Source of the DNA: Candidatus Wukongarchaeum yapensis
Lineage (GTDB): Archaea; Asgardarchaeota; Wukongarchaeia; Wukongarchaeales; Wukongarchaeaceae
NCBI GenBank assembly: GCA_016840425.1
Contig: JAEOSI010000024.1
Location: 1-16,510 of the forward strand
Direction of reading: 5' to 3'
DNA: 16,510 bases
Below are positions 1-8,554 of this stretch, piece after piece. The notes below the pieces were generated by a model. It saw nothing but the letters and a program-made list of their open reading frames with translations, ran no database searches and had not been told where the DNA came from. Each line of letters starts with the position of its first letter. Positions within the stretch are counted from its first letter, which is position 1. The position numbers and the translations under genes were made by a program.

Positions 1-13
1 GTGATAAAAGAAA

Positions 14-301
14 ATGAAGGCTAGGAATAGAATGGTTGAGAAAATGCAGAAAAGAGACAGAATAAGGCAACAAGAACGCGAGCGAGAAGATAAGCAGAAC
101 ACTAACCCTATAGTTGAGTGTTTGAAAACGTGGATAGGGCGTAAAGTGGTCGTTACTTCGACGGAAAAAGAAGTTGAAGGCACTCTTACGGCGGTTTCTT
201 ACACGCATCTAAATCTATTAGTAAAAACGGATAACGGCGAGATCGTTTTCAGAAATTTTAGTTCTGTAAGGCTTACTCAAAACAACCAAAAACCAAGCTA
301 A
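14..301 (+). CDS. Sm/LSm (Hfq-like) fold protein with a charged N-terminal helix
   Basis: C-terminal half LKTWIGRKVVVT...VEGTLTAVSYTHLNLLV...GEIVFR fits the Sm1/Sm2 pattern (helix, G-x-x-V-x-V, G-x-L, H-x-N-L, G-x-I-V-x-R). In-frame stops at 2-7 show the ORF is complete. Confidence 0.55.
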   Translation: MKARNRMVEKMQKRDRIRQQEREREDKQNTNPIVECLKTWIGRKVVVTSTEKEVEGTLTAVSYTHLNLLVKTDNGEIVFRNFSSVRLTQNNQKPS

Positions 302-320
302 AAAGGAGGTGATATGAAAA

Positions 321-485
321 ATGAAGTGGTTTAGAGTAGTAATAAAATATGAAGACTTAGTACAAGCGGAAGATGAAAAAGACGCTATATTTGAAATCGT
401 TAAAGAGCTTTCCTCAAAAGGCATTGATACTATAAAGTTAGATGAAGGAGAAGCTCAAGAAGTAGATGTAATTAACAAGGTTTAA
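321..485 (+). CDS. Hypothetical 54-aa protein MKWFRVVIKYEDLVQAEDEKDAIFEIVKELSSKGIDTIKLDEGEAQEVDVINKV (below the ORF-track cut-off)
   Basis: Manually translated. Perfect SD GGAGGTGA at 305-312, 8 nt before ATG 321; followed by T-tracts at ~490-515. Confidence 0.65.
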   Translation: MKWFRVVIKYEDLVQAEDEKDAIFEIVKELSSKGIDTIKLDEGEAQEVDVINKV

Positions 486-602
486 GGGTGTTTTTTTAAA
501 GCCGTTTATTTTTTGCCTAACAGGAGACCGAGAGAAAGATCCTCAGAGTTTCTTGGATAGGAAGAGTAGAAAACCGAAATAAAAAGGAGGCTTGATAGGT
601 AA

Positions 603-740
603 ATGAGCGAACAAAAACAAGAAACAATCGAAGAGATAGTAGAACATATTAAAAAAATCGAGAAAAACGTGGAAAACATGGAAAAAATTATTGAGGAAAT
701 GAAAGCGATTCTTTCCTCTGATTCTGACTCTGAAAAATAA
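603..740 (+). CDS. Hypothetical 45-aa coiled-coil peptide MSEQKQETIEEIVEHIKKIEKNVENMEKIIEEMKAILSSDSDSEK
   Basis: Manually translated. GGAGG at 586-590; heptad pattern; similar to the 782-904 peptide. Confidence 0.55.
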   Translation: MSEQKQETIEEIVEHIKKIEKNVENMEKIIEEMKAILSSDSDSEK

Positions 741-781
741 AGGCTTCGAGTAAAATAAAAAACCGATAAAAGGAGAGTAGG

Positions 782-904
782 ATGAACAGTGAAGAAAAAC
801 GCTGGAAAAGGCTAGAACAAAGAGCTGAAAAAATAGAGAAAAACATGGAGAAAATATTTCAAAGAATAGAGAAAATAGAAGCTATTCTAACACCAGTAAA
901 ATAA
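782..904 (+). CDS. Hypothetical 40-aa coiled-coil peptide MNSEEKRWKRLEQRAEKIEKNMEKIFQRIEKIEAILTPVK
   Basis: Manually translated. AGGAG at 771-775; shares KIEKN..MEKI...AIL with 603-740. Confidence 0.55.
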   Translation: MNSEEKRWKRLEQRAEKIEKNMEKIFQRIEKIEAILTPVK

Positions 905-1004
905 AGAAAAAACGTGTTTCTGGTCTTTTAAAAAAGCGCGGTATGAGGTGTTTTACGAGGAAAGCTTTTAATTTTTTCGACTAAAACGCTGATAGAAACG
1001 CGTT

Positions 1005-1030
1005 AAACAAAAATAAAAACAACAAAAAAA
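1005..1030 (-). terminator. U-tract intrinsic terminator of the integrase gene
   Basis: The minus strand reads tttttttgttgtttttatttttgttt starting ~14 nt after the integrase stop; archaeal intrinsic terminators are oligo-U tracts. Confidence 0.4.
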
Positions 1031-1043
1031 GGGGGGAGGTTTG

Positions 1044-2219
1044 TTATTGTTTTTCTTTTTTCAGTTCTTTGATCTCTTTCATCTCTCTTATCATTGCTTG
1101 GAAGTCTCTCCGCATTTCTTCCATTTCTTCCCTCATTTGTTCTACTTGTTCCTGCAGGAATTCTTTTTCTTGCTTGGTTTGTTTTAGTTCTCTTTCTATA
1201 CCGTTTAACCGAGAAACGCCTTCACGCGACCAATTGGCTTTTTGATATTGTTTCACTAAGTTTTCAACGTCGTTAGGGTCGAAATAAGCCCCGTCAGAAT
1301 TTGAAGGATTGTGTCCTAGAAAATGGGTTATGAAGTTTTGCTGTATCCCTGCTTTTACCAAGTTCATGTTGAACGCTTTTCTAAAGCAGTGAGCGGTTAT
1401 GTTTTCTGGATCTAGACCGATTGCTCTTGCTGAGGCTTTTATTATGTAGCTCGGCACGTTTTTACCGAGTGGTTTACCGCGCTTCGCTTTTTCATGGGCT
1501 TCTGTGACAAAGATCTTATCATCGTCTTTCGGTTGCCAGCCTTCAATGTTTTTTCTGTAATCTATGTAAGCTTTCAGGGCTTTGCCAGCTTCTTCATTAA
1601 GAAAAGTGTGATATGCGCCAAAACCGTAACTGCTTATTTTAGAGTCGTATTTAGCAGTAATTTTCAAAGCTATGTATCCTTTCTCATCCAGCGTTTCAAG
1701 ACCGTCTTTTACTAAAGCGTAATCCCAACTTCTGATGCAGTTATTTCTTACTCCAGATTGCCATAAGCATAAGAGAAACGCTCTGTTTCTCGTTGTTCTC
1801 GCGCTGTCAACCATAGTATAGATTTCTTCATTGCTTGGGATGTGTTGTTGTGCAACCCTGTTCATTGCTAAAACGTGATACTTTCTTTTCTCTTTTCTCT
1901 TCCATTTAATAGGCTTGTTGTGAAAGTTTAGAAAACTGTTAATCGTGTTGAAAACTCCGTGAACCATACCCTGCCTGCCTTGTTTCTGTTTCTTGTTTAG
2001 GTATTCTTTAACGATCTTTTTTAGCTCTTCTCCGTCCATTTCTAAAAGCTGGTCTGGTGACAGTTTTGAATATCTGAGAAAACTTGCAAACCTGTACATG
2101 TAGGGTTTTATTGTTTTTTGAGATCCTAGATCGTCAAGCCATTCCGTGATTGCTTCGTATTCCAAGTATCTCTGATATTTAGGAGGTTTTTTTTCAAACA
2201 GGTTGTTTTTTCCCGCCAT
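1044..2219 (-). CDS. Tyrosine recombinase/integrase (phage integrase family) with a C-terminal coiled-coil tail
   Basis: Catalytic set in order: R (SGVRNNCI), K (TAKYDSK), H-x-x-R (HCFR), H (LGH), Y (DGAY). N-terminal core-binding helical domain; E/K/Q/M-rich heptad tail after residue ~335. Confidence 0.92.
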   Translation of the reverse strand: MAGKNNLFEKKPPKYQRYLEYEAITEWLDDLGSQKTIKPYMYRFASFLRYSKLSPDQLLEMDGEELKKIVKEYLNKKQKQGRQGMVHGVFNTINSFLNFHNKPIKWKRKEKRKYHVLAMNRVAQQHIPSNEEIYTMVDSARTTRNRAFLLCLWQSGVRNNCIRSWDYALVKDGLETLDEKGYIALKITAKYDSKISSYGFGAYHTFLNEEAGKALKAYIDYRKNIEGWQPKDDDKIFVTEAHEKAKRGKPLGKNVPSYIIKASARAIGLDPENITAHCFRKAFNMNLVKAGIQQNFITHFLGHNPSNSDGAYFDPNDVENLVKQYQKANWSREGVSRLNGIERELKQTKQEKEFLQEQVEQMREEMEEMRRDFQAMIREMKEIKELKKEKQ

Positions 2220-2243
2220 GTTGCTTACCTGTAAAATATATTC

Positions 2244-2262
2244 GTTTTATAATATTTAAAAC
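2244..2262 (-). promoter_or_regulatory. Integrase promoter (TATA box) inside an imperfect palindrome; probably a leaderless mRNA
   Basis: The minus strand has ttataaaa at 2252-2245, 26 nt before ATG 2219, embedded in the inverted repeat gtttta-taatatt-taaaac. Confidence 0.45.
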
Positions 2263-2266
2263 ATTC

Positions 2267-2455
2267 CTATTCGCATAGTCGAGTTCTTTTAAGCATTCCT
2301 ATAAGTTTTCCAGCTCCTTTTGCACTTTTATCTAATGTTTGTGCCTTTTGTTCCTCGGTTAATTTTAACTTAGAAAGAACGGCTAAAACTAAAGGAGAAC
2401 CGGCAAAAATAGCAATCAAGTATCCGATAAAATATACTAATAACTTTGATAACAT
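2267..2455 (-). pseudogene. Probably truncated membrane protein of the DUF3307-like type that usually follows satD
   Basis: One N-terminal TM helix, then GAGKLIGMLKR, resembling the family motif AGKxIGxLER, and then an immediate stop with none of the expected C-terminal helices. Lies 4 nt downstream of satD and abuts the integrase promoter. Confidence 0.5.
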
Positions 2456-2459
2456 GGAG

Positions 2460-3134
2460 TTAACCTTCCATTGTTGTCTTAACGCGGTAAACCGAATTTG
2501 GTTTACTTTGCTCTAATCGTTTTAAATAATTTTCAACTAATTTTTCGGCGTTTCTAACAGCTCTCCATCCAGCAGTCCGGATCATCTTTGATATAGCCTG
2601 CTTTGAAACTTGAAACTTTTTAGCAACATCAGACAACTTAATATTTTCTTCTGATTCTAGAAAACTTATTCTCTCTCTTTGCTTTTTTGTCCATTTGCTC
2701 TTAACGTGTAAAATAAGCCTCATAACGGAATTTAAGAGAAAATCGATTTCTCCACTATGAGACTTAAAGACCAGTTCTATATTCCTCTTTTTAGCTTCTT
2801 TCAGTGCTCCACGTGAATGATGGAAAGCAGAGCCGTCCATTTCACTTGGTTTTTCACTCAGGGAAGTTTCAATGTAACCTATACCTACTCCGCAATAAAA
2901 CCCTACAGGTAAATTTCTTTTAACATACTTGTAAATGTTCAAGATAACACTTGTTGTTTTTAAAACCCCTTGGAATTCATCTCCCAAGGTCATCATAAAG
3001 TCTGCAATCAAAAAGCTATTGAATTCTTTATTTAAACTACTAAGTAGATTTAGAATTTTGTTTTGAACTTCAGCCCTATTTTTAAGCTTTTTAGAACCTT
3101 TTATATCGACCGTGATAACGCAAGCAAGATACAA
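2460..3134 (-). CDS. satD: SatD family protein (nucleotide-cyclase-like fold plus C-terminal HTH)
   Basis: Motifs ITVDIKGS, TLGDEFQG, GVGIG, MDGSAFHHSR; HTH LSDVAKKFQVSKQAISKMI. TTG start ~27 nt after a minus-strand TATA (tttataat, 3168-3161). Confidence 0.85.
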   Translation of the reverse strand: MYLACVITVDIKGSKKLKNRAEVQNKILNLLSSLNKEFNSFLIADFMMTLGDEFQGVLKTTSVILNIYKYVKRNLPVGFYCGVGIGYIETSLSEKPSEMDGSAFHHSRGALKEAKKRNIELVFKSHSGEIDFLLNSVMRLILHVKSKWTKKQRERISFLESEENIKLSDVAKKFQVSKQAISKMIRTAGWRAVRNAEKLVENYLKRLEQSKPNSVYRVKTTMEG

Positions 3135-3188
3135 GGTAAACCACTTAAAGTTTACTAATAATTATAAACCTTATAAGGTTTACCTTTA

Positions 3189-4001
3189 TTACTGAAGTAA
3201 TATTTTTATTTCTCCCTTATTTTTCTTTTTGAATGCTCTTATTTTTTTAGGCCTAAACGCTGAAAGCTTAGCTTCTCTAATGAATGGTCCTATGTCCTTT
3301 ATCAGACCAGGAGCATTTGTCCCATATTTACAGACAACGACATTTTCAAGTAATCCTAAGCGCTCTATCGCCACAATATCTTTTAAATGACCGCTTTTTA
3401 TAACAGCTTTTCTAACCCGCTGTCTTGTAATATCTGTAACTACTATACGATCCAACCTATCTTGAATCCATTTTTTGAATAAATTAATTTGTCCCTCGCT
3501 TAACTCTGCTTCTATCTGTTTTACTCCTTGGTCAATTTTTAATATTTTCAATTGCAATGGGAAATAATCTATAAAACCATAAAGATTAACAATGTTTTTC
3601 GTTGAAACCTTTTCACCGTTTACAAGTTGCTCGCGAACCTTAAATAACGGTATTAATGTTTCCGTATATGGATCCACCACCCCTGTATCTACGAAAAGGC
3701 CAAAACCCACCTTCCCAACACTTTTTAACCATCCCTTACGAACTTCTCCTTCCTTTAAATCATAAAAAGACCTAGGGCTCTCATATAACCAACATAAATA
3801 ATTTCTTGCAGCTTCTAAATCCATCCCTTCTAAAGTTATTTCCGGATATCCATATCTTATTATATCAATATTACTTATTTCAACATTAAGACCTTTTAAT
3901 TCTTCAAATAAAAGATTTTTTAAAGCTTTCAATTTATCTCCTTTATGACTACCATAAATAGGTATTAAGAGGGTAAATCTCTCCAAATGAAAAATCACCA
4001 T
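3189..4001 (-). CDS. DUF2110 family conserved archaeal protein
   Basis: Motifs GKVGFGLFVDTG, YGFIDYFPL, IERLGLLE..VVCKYGTNAPGLI..IG; typical position next to tfe. Confidence 0.8.
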   Translation of the reverse strand: MVIFHLERFTLLIPIYGSHKGDKLKALKNLLFEELKGLNVEISNIDIIRYGYPEITLEGMDLEAARNYLCWLYESPRSFYDLKEGEVRKGWLKSVGKVGFGLFVDTGVVDPYTETLIPLFKVREQLVNGEKVSTKNIVNLYGFIDYFPLQLKILKIDQGVKQIEAELSEGQINLFKKWIQDRLDRIVVTDITRQRVRKAVIKSGHLKDIVAIERLGLLENVVVCKYGTNAPGLIKDIGPFIREAKLSAFRPKKIRAFKKKNKGEIKILLQ

Positions 4002-4021
4002 ATATTAATAAAAATTACCCA

Positions 4022-4540
4022 TTATTTTTCTTCTAAGCTCTTTTCTAATTTTCGGATTTCTTTTTTAAGTGCTTCAATAATCTGACTATTATCAATTTGA
4101 GTCAAAGGTGCACCACAGTTTTGACATGTAAATCCAACATCAAACGCCTCATCAAAGTTCAAACGTCTACAAGATTCATTTCCACACTCAAAAAAAACAT
4201 TGTTTTCTTCAAAATTAAGACGCTGTTTGAGAACTTTAATCACAAGACGTGTTTTCCTCGAGGCAAATTCATAAATTTTATTTTTTTCTAATTGCCAATA
4301 GTATACAAACCAACCAGTTTCACTATCTCTAACTCTTCTGTACGTTGCTAATCGAGCATCATAAAGCCTATATAACACCTTACGTATTTTATTAAGATTT
4401 AACTCCGTCTTTTGAGCAAGCTCTTCATCGGTCATAGAAGATTTTTGAGCAAGTAGCTTAACCACTTTTACCCCTTCTTCCCCTGCAACCTCTCTTGCAA
4501 GCCCATCAAGCGTCTCTACAATAGAAAAGAGGCTAGTCAT
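4022..4540 (-). CDS. tfe: Transcription factor E alpha
   Basis: Winged helix (MTDEELAQKTELNLNKIRKVLYRLY, ETGWFVYYW) and Zn ribbon (C-x4-C...FTCQNCGAPL). Confidence 0.96.
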   Translation of the reverse strand: MTSLFSIVETLDGLAREVAGEEGVKVVKLLAQKSSMTDEELAQKTELNLNKIRKVLYRLYDARLATYRRVRDSETGWFVYYWQLEKNKIYEFASRKTRLVIKVLKQRLNFEENNVFFECGNESCRRLNFDEAFDVGFTCQNCGAPLTQIDNSQIIEALKKEIRKLEKSLEEK

Positions 4541-4631
4541 CCTTTAGATACCCTCTTAACAATTATTTACTATATTATTAATTATTTACGCCATCATCAT
4601 ATAAATAAAATGTCGTATTATTATTTTAAAA

Positions 4632-5180
4632 TCATGTCTTTTCTTTCTTCTTTATTAATTTTTTATCTGAACTTGGTATCACTTTTATTTTTACATTTTC
4701 AAACTCTTTTTTTAATTCCTCGCCTTGAAAAAGATGATCTAAAAATACTGCTAATGCCGCTATCTCTGAATGCGGCTGATTCGTTATACTAACATTGAAA
4801 TCAGCCATTTTATAAAGTCTTTTTGGCACTTTCTCTCCTCCCATCACCACCAAAAAATCACTTTCATTAAAGACCCTTCTAAGACTATTAACAACCTCAA
4901 ACAAAGGTTCTCCATACATAGTTAAATGTATCACTTTCGCTCCCTTCTTCTCTTTCCAATCCCTTATAATTTTCTTCCAGTTTTTCCCTCCATACCTCGC
5001 TTCAAACCCCCCTCCCCAAAGTCCTACAAGTTTATTTATAGTTTCAATAACTCCTTCGTCCCTTTGACCACAAAAAATCATAGAATTAGCACCAAACGCC
5101 CTAGCTACAAGTCCTACATGAGTAGTAACCCTCTGATCTCTAATAATTCTATGCCCTAATCTTAATACTTCTACCTTCAC
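4632..5180 (-). CDS. trm56: tRNA (cytidine(56)-2'-O)-methyltransferase (SPOUT family)
   Basis: VLRLGHRIIRDQRVTTHVGLVARAFGA, HLTMYG, GGEKVP, NVSITNQPHSEIAALAVFLD. Confidence 0.96.
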   Translation of the reverse strand: MKVEVLRLGHRIIRDQRVTTHVGLVARAFGANSMIFCGQRDEGVIETINKLVGLWGGGFEARYGGKNWKKIIRDWKEKKGAKVIHLTMYGEPLFEVVNSLRRVFNESDFLVVMGGEKVPKRLYKMADFNVSITNQPHSEIAALAVFLDHLFQGEELKKEFENVKIKVIPSSDKKLIKKKEKT

Positions 5181-5187
5181 AAAAACC

Positions 5188-6480
5188 TTACCTCAATTCT
5201 ATAATGGAAGTTCCACCACACTTCTCTACTAGTTTTCGTATTTCCGCTACAGGATGTTCCGCTAATTCAAGTTCAAAAACCGTTTCACAATTTTCTATCT
5301 TTCTATTTTTTACAAGAGATAAAGTATAGATCCTATGAATTGCATACGAGGATAAAGGTGAGTTTAGAGGTATACGAACCATCATCTTTTTGTGCGGCGG
5401 CAAAATTTCAGCTATATTTCGGGAAAAAGCATCAAAATTTTCCCTGGTTTTTGCACTAATTGACACTACTTTACAACCATAATTTTTTAGCATGATAATC
5501 GCTTTTTCCACTTTTTCATTTGGTACCAAATCTGTCTTATTAAGGGTGATTATTTTTGGTATATTTCCTGCCCCAATATTCACAAGAATCTTAATACAGG
5601 TATCCACCTTCTCTTTTATTTCATTTAACGGATCACTAACATCAACAACAATTACCAATAAGTCAGCGTTTAAAGTAGCTTCCAAAGTAGCCGTAAAAGA
5701 TTCAATTAATTCAGGGGGTAAATCGCGGATAAAACCTATACTATCAGTACAAAGAACCTTTCTACCATCCACTTTGATAGGGCATGTAAATGTGTCGAGT
5801 GTTGTAAAAAATTCGTCTCCAACCCGAGTTTCACAGTCTGCTAAACTATTTAAAAGCGTGCTTTTTCCTGCGTTTGTATAACCTACAAGACATATCTTAT
5901 TAATCCCTCTATCCCTTCTAAGATCCTCTAAAGATCTCCTTTTTTTCTTAATCTCTTCCAACTTTTTTTGAAGTCTCGCAATTTGCTTTCTTACACTTCT
6001 CCCATAAATATCGATCTCATAATGACCCAGCCCTGAAAATCCTGTTCTCTCTCCCATCCTCCTTCTCTTCACAAACTCTTTAAAAATCGGTAAAAGATGT
6101 TTTTTTCTCGCAATCTCAATCTGCAATTTAGAAACATGATCGCTTGCATGAATTTCAAATATTTCCAGTATAAGCATATATTTATCAATAACTTTGCAAG
6201 AAAGAAACTGTTCAAGGTTTAATATTTGTTTACTGGTAAGATAATTTCCAAATATGATGGTTTCTACTTCTCTTTCTTTTAGAATATCTTTCAATTCTTC
6301 CAATTTTCCTTTTCCTATTTCAAAACGAGGATCCCGCTCCCTTTCCTGCTCAAGGAAAGCTAAAACCTTATAACCTGCGGTTTTACACAATTCAAAAAGC
6401 TCACGTGTAACAGTTTGTCTACTTTTGTCATCATCATTGTTGTGCCTTATAACTAAAATTGCTTGATTGAGCATATTCAT
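5188..6480 (-). CDS. hflX: GTPase HflX
   Basis: EIGKGKLEEL, LILEIFEIHA, KLQIEIAR; G1 GYTNAGKST, FTTLDT, G3 DSIGF, G4 NKTD, G5 SAK. Confidence 0.96.
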   Translation of the reverse strand: MNMLNQAILVIRHNNDDDKSRQTVTRELFELCKTAGYKVLAFLEQERERDPRFEIGKGKLEELKDILKEREVETIIFGNYLTSKQILNLEQFLSCKVIDKYMLILEIFEIHASDHVSKLQIEIARKKHLLPIFKEFVKRRRMGERTGFSGLGHYEIDIYGRSVRKQIARLQKKLEEIKKKRRSLEDLRRDRGINKICLVGYTNAGKSTLLNSLADCETRVGDEFFTTLDTFTCPIKVDGRKVLCTDSIGFIRDLPPELIESFTATLEATLNADLLVIVVDVSDPLNEIKEKVDTCIKILVNIGAGNIPKIITLNKTDLVPNEKVEKAIIMLKNYGCKVVSISAKTRENFDAFSRNIAEILPPHKKMMVRIPLNSPLSSYAIHRIYTLSLVKNRKIENCETVFELELAEHPVAEIRKLVEKCGGTSIIELR

Positions 6481-6501
6481 AGCCTTTTTTTATTTTTCTA
6501 C

Positions 6502-7050
6502 TTATTCTTTTTTCTTTTTTATGACAACTATGTCCCCTAAAGTGAGTTCTTTCGACTTTCTTTTACTGTTTTTTTGTGTTTTCTCGAGGGAGGAGGCAAG
6601 AGGTACTTCTTCTTTAAGACTTATTTTCAAGGTTTTTTCAAGCTTTTTTATTTGGGCCTCTGTGGGTACTATATCTCCCCGTTCTATGTGGGCAATTGTA
6701 CTTTCTCTTTCACCGATCAAAGACCCTAATTGTGCCCTTTTAATGCCCATTTTTTGCCTTGCATTTGCAATACGTTTATTGTAATCCGTTGCCAGAATCC
6801 ATTTCCCCTCATCTAACGCATCTTTTGGCGGTCTTTTCGCTTTTCGAGTAACTCTTTTTGGGCTTTTTTTATCTATTCTATAACCGGTGGAGTTTTTCCA
6901 TTTAAGGGCTTGTTTTTTCAAAATTTTCTTGGGGGAAAGCGGAGTACCTAACGATGCACAATTAGCACAAGCTTCTACTATAGCTCCTTCAACGTTCACT
7001 TTTTTGAGCTTAACAGCTTTTTTGCCACAAATTTCACATTCAGGCGCCAT
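6502..7050 (-). CDS. mbf1: Archaeal multiprotein bridging factor aMBF1
   Basis: N-terminal Zn ribbon CEICG...CANC, Cro-like HTH (IANARQKMG...IAHIERG), C-terminal LTLGDIVVIK; next to hflX and divergent from pan. Confidence 0.93.
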   Translation of the reverse strand: MAPECEICGKKAVKLKKVNVEGAIVEACANCASLGTPLSPKKILKKQALKWKNSTGYRIDKKSPKRVTRKAKRPPKDALDEGKWILATDYNKRIANARQKMGIKRAQLGSLIGERESTIAHIERGDIVPTEAQIKKLEKTLKISLKEEVPLASSLEKTQKNSKRKSKELTLGDIVVIKKKKE

Positions 7051-7235
7051 AAAAACACCCTTCTGATATTTCTTATTACTTATTTGTTTTTAAAATATTC
7101 ACAATTTTCAACCCATTAATTTTTAATCAAAATTGAAAAGTAAATCTTTTTAATGCCCGATGGAAGATTTAAGAATGTAAATAAACTTTATTTGTAATAG
7201 CGAATAAACAAGTAATAAGCAAGATCAGCGGTATT

Positions 7236-8480
7236 ATGAGGAAACTAATTATTGAACGGGGATATCGTATTATGTCAGATAGTGAAGGAGAATCGGGTGA
7301 TAAGCAAGATCAGCAATATTATGAGCAAGCTAATTATTTAGTAAATTATTCTAAACACTTGGAAAGAAGGTTAAGGGCTCTTGAAACGGAGAAACAATTG
7401 CTTGATGCTGAAAGAATGCGTTTAGAAAGGGAACTACAAGTTATTCGATCAGAACTTGAAAAACTGAGAACCCCTCCGCTTCTTGCTGGATACGTTATCG
7501 AAGTTTTAACAGACGGGAGGGCTATTGTTAAAAGTTCAACAGGTCCACAATTTGTAGTTCAGGTGGCAAGATCCCTAACAGATAAAATATCCTCGGGTTC
7601 AAAAGTAGCTCTAAATCAACGAAACTTTGCCCTAGTAGAACTTCTTCCTGCTTCTGAAGATCCTGCTGTTCGTGCTATGGAGGTGGAAGAACGCCCATCC
7701 GTATCCTACTCGGATGTAGGCGGTTTAGAAGAGCAAATACGTGAGTTAAAAGAAGCCGTGGAATTGCCTCTTTTAAGACCCGAACTTTTTGAACAAGTAG
7801 GAATAGAACCGCCAAAAGGTGTTTTATTGTATGGAGCACCAGGGACCGGCAAAACCCTTCTTGCCCGCGCGGTAGCCCATGAAACAAAAGCAACCTTCGT
7901 AAGGGTTGTTGGAAGCGAACTAGTAAGAAAATATATAGGCGAAGGAGCAAGGCTTGTAAGAGAAATATTCGAATACGCAAGGAAGAAAAAACCGACGATA
8001 CTTTTTATAGATGAGTTGGATGCTATCGGAAGTAAAAGAATTGATCTTGCTACAAGCGGCGATAGGGAAGTCCAAAGAACATTAATGCAACTCCTATCAG
8101 AAATGGATGGATTTAACCCGCGGGGAGACGTGAAACTGGCAGGAGCAACAAACAGGCCCGATATCCTAGACCCCGCACTTTTAAGACCTGGAAGATTTGA
8201 CAGATTTATTGAAATATCAATGCCAGATGAAAAAGCAAGGTTTGAAATATTCAAAATACATGCCAGAAAAATAAACAAGAAAGACGTTGATTTTAATAAG
8301 TTGGCAAAAATTACCTTGGACACAACAGGTGCAGATATACGAAGCATATGCGTAGAAGCAGGAATGTTTGCCATAAGAAAAGAAAAAGAATATGTAACTC
8401 AAGAAGATTTTATCAAAGCTGTTCAAAAAGTTATGACTCAAAAGGCCAAAGCAGGAAGCGAACCAACACATTATGTATAA
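7236..8480 (+). CDS. pan: Proteasome-activating nucleotidase (AAA+); real start may be ATG 7272
   Basis: Coiled coil plus OB domain, Walker [20 protein letters not shown], Walker [30 protein letters not shown]-terminal HbYX motif (HYV). Confidence 0.97.
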   Translation: MRKLIIERGYRIMSDSEGESGDKQDQQYYEQANYLVNYSKHLERRLRALETEKQLLDAERMRLERELQVIRSELEKLRTPPLLAGYVIEVLTDGRAIVKSSTGPQFVVQVARSLTDKISSGSKVALNQRNFALVELLPASEDPAVRAMEVEERPSVSYSDVGGLEEQIRELKEAVELPLLRPELFEQVGIEPPKGVLLYGAPGTGKTLLARAVAHETKATFVRVVGSELVRKYIGEGARLVREIFEYARKKKPTILFIDELDAIGSKRIDLATSGDREVQRTLMQLLSEMDGFNPRGDVKLAGATNRPDILDPALLRPGRFDRFIEISMPDEKARFEIFKIHARKINKKDVDFNKLAKITLDTTGADIRSICVEAGMFAIRKEKEYVTQEDFIKAVQKVMTQKAKAGSEPTHYV

Positions 8481-8554
8481 TTGAAAAAATTGAATAAAAT
8501 AGCAGATTTCCCATTTTATTAATAATTCTTTTACATTCTCCTACCTCCCTTATT

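Larger units (their letters stand above)
1..2290. mobile_element. Right end of an integrated element (provirus or integrative plasmid) that continues off the left edge of the window
   Basis: A tyrosine integrase lies at the boundary with several tightly packed small hypothetical ORFs carrying strong SD motifs, and the adjacent gene (2267-2455) looks truncated. The exact att site is not resolvable in this window. Confidence 0.7.

Noticed and set aside
1-24. Possible 3' end of an upstream gene (VIKENEG*) overlapping the Sm-like start
   Set aside because: Only 8 codons are visible, so it cannot be supported.
218-6784. ORF-track calls 218-424, 1094-1276, 1494-1715, 4097-4291, 4610-4792, 4926-5159, 5492-5881, 6467-6784
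   Set aside because: They overlap well-supported genes on the opposite strand and have F/S/L-rich shadow composition.
7675-8471. Antisense ORFs 7675-7980, 7706-8374 and 8217-8471
   Set aside because: They are shadows of pan on the opposite strand and have no recognisable motifs.
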